NCBI GenBank assembly: GCA_039806935.1
Contig: JBDHQH010000001.1
Location: forward strand, 6,067-70,066
Length of the DNA stretch: 64,000 nucleotides
From: Verrucomicrobiota bacterium
GTDB lineage: Bacteria; Verrucomicrobiota; Verrucomicrobiia; Limisphaerales; UBA8199
Direction of reading: 5' to 3'
This document shows positions 48,878-56,097 of this stretch, piece by piece; positions within the stretch are counted from its first letter, which is position 1, and every line of letters starts with the position of its first letter. Under the pieces are notes generated by a model. The model did not search any database, was not told where the DNA came from, and saw only the letters and a list, made by a program, of their open reading frames with translations. Position numbers and translations under genes: made by a program.

Positions 48878-50023
48878 ATGAGCGGTTTCTTTTCACTGCT
48901 TCGGCTATGGATAATGTTCGCCGCCACGGCCTTTGGCCCGTGCGCCACGTTCGTCCACGACGCCGGTCAAACACTCGTCGTCGCCGCCAACGGCGTGCGG
49001 GTGACCTACACGCGGGGTCTGGACTTGGGGGGCGGGCTGGACACGGCCGGGGGCATCGGGGGCCTCCTGGCGCGGACGGACGGGGCCGGTTCGGTGTATT
49101 ACCACGCCGACGGGGCGGGGAACATAACGGCTCTGATGGATCGCGAGGGCGGGATTGCCGCCCGTTACGGCTACGGCCCGTTTGGGCGGCTGCTTTATCA
49201 ATCGGGGCCGCTGGCCGGGGCGAACCGGCCGAGATTTTCGAGCCAGCCGCCGCTGGCGCGCGCGGAGGATATTTATCAGTTTTTTTGGCGTCCGCTGTTC
49301 TCGGGATTGCCGCGCTGGGGCGGGCGCGATCCGCTGGGGGAGGCTGGAGGGGTGAATCTGTATGGGGTGCTGGGGAACAATCCGTTGAGCTACATCGATC
49401 CGTATGGGGAGGATTTGCGTTTGGCCAGCGCCAGCGGGCCATTGGAGATCTCCGGGCCGCTGGGCTACGCGCGGGGAGCCAGTGTGCTGGAGAACGTGGC
49501 GGCGATGGACGAGGCGGTGGCGGGCGGGCTGGCGAGCCTGACGGGGGATCCGCAGCTTGGGGAAGCGCTGCACCGCGCGCTTGCGGTGCTCCCGCTGGGC
49601 TGGCCGGAGGGTCTGGCCGGAGCGGGCAAGCTGGGAAAAGGGCTGACCGGTTGCGCCCCAGCCGCAGGTAAGGCGGCAACGCGAGCGGCAAAGACAGCAG
49701 AGACGGTTGCGGCTGATGCAGCAGCGGCGGGTAGCAGGTGGCCGAGCTTCATTGCGGCTGCGGACGGGAGTGTCTTTGCTGTTCCAAGAGGAGCAACAGG
49801 GCCACTCCCAACCCGTGCTCCCGGAATGCAGTTTACGGGCGGCTCTGGCGGATACGGGCCTGACCCGCGAGTAACCGGCGTTCGTTTCGTGGACACCAAC
49901 GCGAACCAAGGAGCGCGGGCGGTTTACATGAATCAGGCCGGGCAGACTGTGAATCCATTCACTGATCGCACCGTGCCGTATAGCGATCCAACCGCGCACT
50001 TCTACGTCAACCCGAACCCGTGA
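48878..50023 (+). CDS. Orphan Rhs/YD-repeat C-terminal fragment fused to a roughly 200-aa C-terminal polymorphic-toxin domain of unassigned family
   Basis: YD-repeat and Rhs core tail (GGIGGLLARTDGAGSVYYHADGAGNITALMDREGGIAARYGYGPFGRLL) and the core-end motif RDPLGEAGGVNLYGVLGNNPLSYIDPYGE at nt 49325-49411, followed by an unrelated C-terminal region. An in-frame TGA at 48866 means only about 175 aa of Rhs core are present. Confidence 0.8.
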   Translation: MSGFFSLLRLWIMFAATAFGPCATFVHDAGQTLVVAANGVRVTYTRGLDLGGGLDTAGGIGGLLARTDGAGSVYYHADGAGNITALMDREGGIAARYGYGPFGRLLYQSGPLAGANRPRFSSQPPLARAEDIYQFFWRPLFSGLPRWGGRDPLGEAGGVNLYGVLGNNPLSYIDPYGEDLRLASASGPLEISGPLGYARGASVLENVAAMDEAVAGGLASLTGDPQLGEALHRALAVLPLGWPEGLAGAGKLGKGLTGCAPAAGKAATRAAKTAETVAADAAAAGSRWPSFIAAADGSVFAVPRGATGPLPTRAPGMQFTGGSGGYGPDPRVTGVRFVDTNANQGARAVYMNQAGQTVNPFTDRTVPYSDPTAHFYVNPNP

Positions 50024-50469
50024 TGAGCAAAGACATTCGTCAGCCTTCGGACTTGGTCGGTGAGGAAATCTCAGCCGTTTGTTTCGTGCGGGACTACGTC
50101 GAGTTCCATTTTGACGGGCCGATACTTCGCAGCCTGTCGAATCCGTCCGTTCTCGTTCACGGAGTAGAACATCGCTTCCCCGAGCCGGGCTGGCGCGATG
50201 CGCTGTGCTGCATCATTGGTTCAACAGTTCGCGCGGTGAAACTGGAAGAACAGCAAGCGTTGAAGGTGACAACAACCGACGATTGCGAAATTACAATCCT
50301 GCTCGACGCCAGGAGTCTTCGCGGACCAGAGGCGATGCACTTCGTTCCGCAACCGAACGGGCCAATCCAAGTTTGGCAAAGCGGGAGGAATTGGGGGACG
50401 CACCCCTGCCGTTTCGCTGCGTTCCTGGCGCCAGCAGCAAACCTTCACCACGGTTTGGCCAGTGCTTAA
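50023..50469 (+). CDS. Putative cognate immunity protein
   Basis: Its start (GTG 50020 or ATG 50023) overlaps the toxin stop TGA 50021-50023. It is a small, acidic-leaning cytoplasmic protein (148 aa) with no recognised family. The call is by position, as is usual for Rhs-CT/immunity pairs. Confidence 0.5.
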   Translation: MSKDIRQPSDLVGEEISAVCFVRDYVEFHFDGPILRSLSNPSVLVHGVEHRFPEPGWRDALCCIIGSTVRAVKLEEQQALKVTTTDDCEITILLDARSLRGPEAMHFVPQPNGPIQVWQSGRNWGTHPCRFAAFLAPAANLHHGLASA

Positions 50470-50786
50470 TCGTTGAAGAGTCCGGCTCGCTGCCACCGAA
50501 CAATTTACGGGTGCGCCGGACCTGATCAGTCACGGCACCCCCGAAGCAACGGACCCCATACAACCCGCGGAAGCGACGGGCGCCGAAACAGAGTTATAAC
50601 CCAACGGCGCGCCGACTCTCGGACAGAGTGAAGTAAGAGCCCGCTCACCCAAGGCTACGCTATCCCCTCCCCATATCCAGATGAATCACCCCTATTTGCG
50701 GACCTCCTCGAGCCGTTATTCTCTCGTCATGGGCGGCTGGGGATGGCACCCTTTGAACCGCCCGAGAAAAAGGGAATCAGAAATCG

Positions 50787-51428
50787 ATGGCCAAAGAAGA
50801 ACGAGTGCTTTGTTTTGAACGGAAATTGCTCGACGAGCTGGGTGCATTTCAGGGACTGACCCTGGAGGTGGACAAATATTTGCCGGTGGTGACTTCCGCC
50901 AACCATCTGGTATATCGGAACCGCGGCGAGGCCGAGCAAGACCCGCGTTTCAAACAGCTCATCCCCTACGTGTTGTTGCTCTGCGATGGCAAAATCCTGC
51001 GTTACCGTCGGGGGCGGGGGGGGCAGGAGACGCGGCTGCATGGTTGGTTTTCTGTGGGTGTGGGAGGACACATCTCGGACGAGGACGCTGGCCTTTTCTC
51101 CTCGGGAGCGGGCTATCAAGAGGGGATGCGCCGGGAGTTGCGGGAAGAAGTCGCCGTCGAAGGCCTGAAAGATGCCGCAGTTGCCGCCATCAACGACGAC
51201 AGCACCGAAGTCGGACGAGTGCATTTCGGAGTGGTGCATATCATGTGCGCTCCGAACGAAAAGGTCGTCGGGAGGCGAAGCGGCATCCTGAGCCCGGAAT
51301 TCATACCTCGCGCGGAAGCGGTGAACAGTCTCAATGCTTATGAATCCTGGTCACGGTTTTGTCTGGAAAAACTGGACATCCTGGCCGCCAAAGCGGCGGC
51401 GGCGGGTATTTTTGCTTCGGGATCGTGA
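50787..51428 (+). CDS. NUDIX-hydrolase-like protein
   Basis: Nudix-box-like segment GVGGHISDEDAG...YQEGMRRELREEVAVEG, preceded by FKQLIPYVLLLCDGKILRYRR. Confidence 0.6.
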   Translation: MAKEERVLCFERKLLDELGAFQGLTLEVDKYLPVVTSANHLVYRNRGEAEQDPRFKQLIPYVLLLCDGKILRYRRGRGGQETRLHGWFSVGVGGHISDEDAGLFSSGAGYQEGMRRELREEVAVEGLKDAAVAAINDDSTEVGRVHFGVVHIMCAPNEKVVGRRSGILSPEFIPRAEAVNSLNAYESWSRFCLEKLDILAAKAAAAGIFASGS

Positions 51429-51447
51429 GGGTCGCGGCCTGATTATT

Positions 51448-52437
51448 ATGACACTCCCGACTCGAGGATTGTCGGCGGTTCTCGCGGCCGGGATTCTTCT
51501 TTGGGGCGGGATCTTCCAGGCTTCGGCCATTTTGAACGCGAATTCCCAATCCAATACCAATGCACCGCCGAACGGCGCCCCTTGGGATCACGTCGGAGGA
51601 ATCAACGGCGCGAGCGGAGTCTATCTGGCCGCCGGTTGGGCGTTGACCGCCGCGCATGTCGGCGCGGGGAATCTGGTTCTTGGAACCTCCACGCTCGCTT
51701 ATGCGGGCGTCCAGCATCGCCTGACCAACTCGGACGGCAGCGCCACCGATTTGTTGCTCATCCGCCTGAGCCAGCCGGCCCCGCTGCCGAGCCTGCCCTT
51801 GGCGGATACCCCGCCGGAGATTGACTCGTCCGTTGTGTTCATCGGCTTCGGGCACATTGCCGGCGCGGGCCCAATGCCGATCGGCAACGAGATCGGCTTC
51901 ACTTGGGCGCCTGGCGCGTTCAAGAGTTGGGGCGACAACAAAATCACCGCGACCAACGTCGTCATTGATGCCGGGTTGGGCGATGTCACTCTTTTCTCGA
52001 CCGACTTCGATGACGACGGCCAAACCCCGGATGAGTGCCAGGCGACGAATGGAGATTCTGGCGGCGGCGCCTTTCAGAAGAACGGCGCCACATGGCGCCT
52101 TCTGGGGGTGACGGATTTGGTGTCCAGCATCTCGAATCAACCGCCCTCCACCTCGGTGTTCGGAACCAGCTCCTATGCGGCCCAGATTTGCAATTACCGA
52201 GACCAGATTCTCGCCTGGCTGGCCTCTACCCCGCCCGTATTGACCGCCTTGCCTGCCGGCGGCCGCGTCGAGGTGTGCTGGCCGGATCCTGGAGTGGATT
52301 ACACCCTGCAAACCACGCTCGCGCTCGCCCCGGCGGCTTGGGACACCGTCCCGGAACCTCAGGTGTTCACGGGAGGCATGATCCGCGTTTCCGTGGCGGC
52401 AACCAACGCCGCCGCGTTCTTTCGGCTCAAGCGTTGA
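51448..52437 (+). CDS. Secreted trypsin-like (S1 family) serine protease with a C-terminal beta-rich domain
   Basis: Start chosen at ATG 51448 (signal peptide MTLPTRGLSAVLAAGILLWGGIFQASA). The catalytic triad context is WALTAAHVG (His), TDLLLIRL (Asp) and GDSGGGAF (Ser). Confidence 0.75.
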   Translation: MTLPTRGLSAVLAAGILLWGGIFQASAILNANSQSNTNAPPNGAPWDHVGGINGASGVYLAAGWALTAAHVGAGNLVLGTSTLAYAGVQHRLTNSDGSATDLLLIRLSQPAPLPSLPLADTPPEIDSSVVFIGFGHIAGAGPMPIGNEIGFTWAPGAFKSWGDNKITATNVVIDAGLGDVTLFSTDFDDDGQTPDECQATNGDSGGGAFQKNGATWRLLGVTDLVSSISNQPPSTSVFGTSSYAAQICNYRDQILAWLASTPPVLTALPAGGRVEVCWPDPGVDYTLQTTLALAPAAWDTVPEPQVFTGGMIRVSVAATNAAAFFRLKR

Positions 52438-52522
52438 GTGCTGCGAAGGCGCCTCGAAGGCCAGAAATCACCTCGCCGTTGCTTTTCCTCGCCGTGGAAA
52501 GGATTTACGGTATGATCTCCTG

Positions 52523-53809
52523 ATGAGCTTGGGTGAAGAAATGGCAGACTTGGGACGTCGCGCGAAGGCGGCTTCGCGCGAGCTGGCCAAGCTGGCCACC
52601 GACGACAAAAACTCCTGTTTGAGAGCAATGGCCGGAGCGCTGGAGGCGGCCTCCGCTGAAATCAAAGCCGCCAATGCCCGGGACTTGGCCACCGCGGCGC
52701 AAATGGGGTTGTCGAGCGCGATGATGGACCGCTTGCAACTCGATGATAAGCGCATCGCCTCGATGGCGCGCGGACTGCGGGAGGTCGCCGCACTTCCCGA
52801 CCCGGTCGGCCGGATCCTGGACGAGCGCACCCGTCCAAACGGATTGCGGCTCCGCAAAGTCAGCACGCCGATCGGGGTGGTGGTTATCATCTACGAATCG
52901 CGTCCGAACGTGACCGCCGATGCCGCCAGCTTGTGTTTCAAAGCCGGCAGCGCCACAATTCTGCGCGGCGGCAAAGAAGCCATTCATTCCAATCAGGCGA
53001 TTGCCCGAGCCATGATTGAGGCCGGGCGGCGAACTCTGCCGGCCTTTCCGGAATCAGCCATCCAAGTGGTGGGCACCACCGACCGGGACGCGATCAAGGA
53101 ACTCCTCGCCCTGACGCAATTCGTGGATTTATGCATGCCGCGGGGTGGCGAGGGACTCATCCGGGCGGTGGCCGAATGCTCGAAAGTGCCCGTGATCAAA
53201 CATTTCAAAGGCGTTTGCCACGTCTATGTCGATGCCGAGGCGGATCCACAAATGGCCGGCGAAATCGTGATGAACGCCAAAGTCCAGCGACCCGCAGTTT
53301 GCAACGCCATGGAAACGCTCCTGGTCGATCATCGCATCGCGAAAGAGTTCCTTCCGGCAATCGCCCTCAGGCTAGCGGAGAAAAAAGTGCAATTCCGCGC
53401 CGACGCGGAGGCGGAGGCTTTGTTGCGGGCGGAACCGGCCATCCCGGAACTATCGGTGCGCCGTGCGACCGATGAGGACTTTTCCACGGAGTACAACGAT
53501 TATGTCCTCAACGTCCGCGTGGTGGAAGGAGTGCGGTCGGCGATCGATCATATCAATCATTATGGATCAGCGCACTCGGACAGCATTGTCACGCGCAACG
53601 AGGCGCGCGCGCGCCAGTTCTTGGCGGAGGTGGATTCAGCCACCGTGTATTGGAATGCCTCCACCCGGTTCACCGATGGCGGGGAATTCGGGATGGGGGC
53701 GGAGATTGGCATCAGCACCGACAAAATCGGCGCCCGGGGCCCGATGGGTCTCGAGGAATTAACCAGTTACAAATGGGTGGGAATCGGCGCGGGCCAGGTG
53801 CGGAGTTGA
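52523..53809 (+). CDS. proA: Gamma-glutamyl phosphate reductase
   Basis: 428 aa with typical ProA segments (RAKAASRELAKLATDDKN, LPDPVGRILDERTRPNGLRLRKVSTPIGVVVIIYESRPNVT, catalytic CNAMETLLV, HYGSAHSDSIVT). Confidence 0.9.
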   Translation: MSLGEEMADLGRRAKAASRELAKLATDDKNSCLRAMAGALEAASAEIKAANARDLATAAQMGLSSAMMDRLQLDDKRIASMARGLREVAALPDPVGRILDERTRPNGLRLRKVSTPIGVVVIIYESRPNVTADAASLCFKAGSATILRGGKEAIHSNQAIARAMIEAGRRTLPAFPESAIQVVGTTDRDAIKELLALTQFVDLCMPRGGEGLIRAVAECSKVPVIKHFKGVCHVYVDAEADPQMAGEIVMNAKVQRPAVCNAMETLLVDHRIAKEFLPAIALRLAEKKVQFRADAEAEALLRAEPAIPELSVRRATDEDFSTEYNDYVLNVRVVEGVRSAIDHINHYGSAHSDSIVTRNEARARQFLAEVDSATVYWNASTRFTDGGEFGMGAEIGISTDKIGARGPMGLEELTSYKWVGIGAGQVRS

Positions 53810-53991
53810 CAGCAAGCGGCAAGGGAATGCATTTGGTTCAACCGCAAGGTGGCGCGCGGTGCTTGCAACGATCAAGCCAGCGGGTTCGCGCGACGCTGGC
53901 CTGAAGAACCGGATTGCGCGCTTGCGCCAGCCGGCGAGCGTGCGGATTCCTCCCTTTGACGCTGAGCCGGGCGTAACCTAGCTTCTGCCTG

Positions 53992-55347
53992 ATGCAGGAA
54001 TTGACATGCGCCAAGCCACGCTGCGCCTCGCAGCGCGCGCGCTTCGTCCGCGAGCGAATGCCCGCGGGCGGATTGTTTGCCGCCCATGAATGGCGCACCT
54101 CCCCCGCCGCGTTTCCGCTTCCGCCGAAGCTCGCCGCGGAACTCGAGTCGCTCGGACGGGTGCTGCTGCAGTTTTATCGCTCGATCAACCTGCTCTACCG
54201 GAAGAGTGTGGAGGGTGTGGAGCCGCCTTGGGTGTCCGAGTGGCTGGATCGAGGCAAACCGGCGGAGCTGATCCGCATCCAGCGCTCCGCCGCTCTCAGG
54301 AACGATGTCCCGCGGGTAATCCGCCCCGATCTTCTGATCACCGAGGGTGGCTTCAGCGTCACTGAGTTGGACTCCGTTCCCGGCGGCATCGGCCTGACCG
54401 CCTGGCTCAACCACATTTACTCCGAACTCGGCGACTCGATTCTTGGCGGCGCCGATGGCATGCTGCGCGGGTTTAAGAGCATTTTCGGCGGTGCTCCCCG
54501 GACGCATATCGTGATTTCCGAAGAGGCTGCAACGTATCGTCCCGAGATGGTCTGGCTGGCGGAGCAACTCGGATCGGATCGTTTTCGGGTGCGCGACGGG
54601 AATTTTACCGACTTCCCGGACGGCGATGCGGTGTATCGATTTTTCGAACTGTTCGATTTGCCCAACGTGCCCAATTCCAGCGGGTTGCTCCGCGATGCCG
54701 TGGCAAAGCGGCGCCAACTCACTCCACCGCCCAAACCGATCTTCGAGGAGAAGATGGTTTTCGCATTGCTTTGGAACCGGCGGTTGCGCGACTTCTGGCG
54801 CAAATCGCTGGGGCAAAGTTTTTTTGATCGGCTGTTGCGATTGGTGCCCTACACCTGGCTGGTGGATCCCGCTCTGCTGCCGCCGCATGGGGCCATTCCA
54901 GAATTGAACTTGACGGATTGGCGGCAACTCGAGGAACTCTCGCAAAGGCAGCGCGACTTGATCCTGAAAGTTTCCGGATTCTCACCCCACGCCTGGGGCG
55001 CGCGCGGTGTTTACCTGGGCAGCGATTTGTCCCATTCCGATTGGGCGGCGGCGGTGCGGCAGGCCATCGCGTCGTTCCCCGTCTCCCCCTTTGTTCTTCA
55101 ACGTTATCATAAGCCAGAGCTGGTAAGCGCCCAGTGGTTCGATTTTGAGCGCGAGCGGGTCACTGCCATGCGTGGACGAGTGCGACTCTGCCCGTACTAC
55201 TTCGTGAGCGGCGAGGCCGAGCGCGCGCGCGCCCGCCTGGGTGGAGTTCTGGCCACAATCTGCCCCGCCAACAAAAAGATCATCCACGGCATGACCGAGG
55301 CGATTTTCGCCCCCTGCACGGCGCAAAGCGGTGGTGATTCCGTTTGA
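53992..55347 (+). CDS. Hypothetical protein, possibly circularly permuted ATP-grasp / glutathionylspermidine-synthase-like fold
   Basis: 451 aa. The segment VIRPDLLITEGGFSVTELDSVPGGIGLTAWLN resembles the R-x-D...E-x-N/D...PGG pattern of CP-ATP-grasp proteins. No partner alpha-E or transglutaminase genes are adjacent. Low certainty. Confidence 0.4.
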   Translation: MQELTCAKPRCASQRARFVRERMPAGGLFAAHEWRTSPAAFPLPPKLAAELESLGRVLLQFYRSINLLYRKSVEGVEPPWVSEWLDRGKPAELIRIQRSAALRNDVPRVIRPDLLITEGGFSVTELDSVPGGIGLTAWLNHIYSELGDSILGGADGMLRGFKSIFGGAPRTHIVISEEAATYRPEMVWLAEQLGSDRFRVRDGNFTDFPDGDAVYRFFELFDLPNVPNSSGLLRDAVAKRRQLTPPPKPIFEEKMVFALLWNRRLRDFWRKSLGQSFFDRLLRLVPYTWLVDPALLPPHGAIPELNLTDWRQLEELSQRQRDLILKVSGFSPHAWGARGVYLGSDLSHSDWAAAVRQAIASFPVSPFVLQRYHKPELVSAQWFDFERERVTAMRGRVRLCPYYFVSGEAERARARLGGVLATICPANKKIIHGMTEAIFAPCTAQSGGDSV

Positions 55348-56014
55348 CGCGAACCGTCGCGGCGAGTACTCGCAGAGCGTGAAATTAGCGGAATATGTGC
55401 TTTTGACGGCCAGTTCGCTGTTCGTCATTGTGGATCCGCTGGCCACGGTGCCGGCCTTTTTGGCCATGACCCCGACGGATACGCCGCGGCAGCGCGTCAA
55501 AATGGCCGGCCTCGCCTGCTGTGTGGCCGCCGGCGTGCTCATGGTTTTCGCCACCGCCGGGAAATGGATCTTTCGTTTTCTGGGCATCACTATGCCGGCC
55601 TTCCAGGTCGCCGCGAGCATCGTGCTCCTGTTGGTGGCGCTCGACATGCTCCGCGCCCAGCGCTCGCGAGTGCAGGAGACCTCGGAAGAAACGGCCGCCG
55701 GCATGGAAAAGACGGATATCGCCATTGCCCCGCTGGCGATCCCGATGCTGGCCGGCCCCGGGGCGATCTCGACGGCGATTTTGTTGCACAATCAAGCGGT
55801 CGGCATTTATCAGCACGCTGCCTTGTATCTCTGCATTGCCGCGGTGGCGCTGGCCAGTTACGTCATCCTGCGGCTTTCCGCCCGCGGCGCCGCCTGGTTT
55901 AATCCGATCGCGATGAGCATCACCACCCGGATCATGGGCCTGCTGTTGGCGGCCGTGGCCATCCAATTCATGATCAACGCCGTCAAAGAACTGCGGCCCG
56001 GATGGCTGCCTTGA
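55331..56014 (+). CDS. MarC/UPF0056 family membrane protein
   Basis: Six-TM protein with the N-terminal LFVIVDPLATVPAFLAMT motif and central AIAPLAIPMLAGPGAIST, typical of MarC family. The true start may be slightly downstream. Confidence 0.75.
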   Translation: MVIPFDANRRGEYSQSVKLAEYVLLTASSLFVIVDPLATVPAFLAMTPTDTPRQRVKMAGLACCVAAGVLMVFATAGKWIFRFLGITMPAFQVAASIVLLLVALDMLRAQRSRVQETSEETAAGMEKTDIAIAPLAIPMLAGPGAISTAILLHNQAVGIYQHAALYLCIAAVALASYVILRLSARGAAWFNPIAMSITTRIMGLLLAAVAIQFMINAVKELRPGWLP

Positions 56015-56097
56015 GCCGGGGGGCGGGCATTGCCGCGCGAGCGCGGTTGCACAATTGTTTGTTGACGGCGAGACCGAGGTTCTGTTGCTCTGGTCGG

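Noticed and set aside
50787-52437. NUDIX gene followed by a secreted S1 protease, considered as a possible functional pair or defence module adjacent to the toxin islet.
   Set aside because: The genes are separated by a small gap, have unrelated predicted localisations (cytoplasmic vs secreted), and there is no known mechanistic link. Adjacency alone is insufficient.
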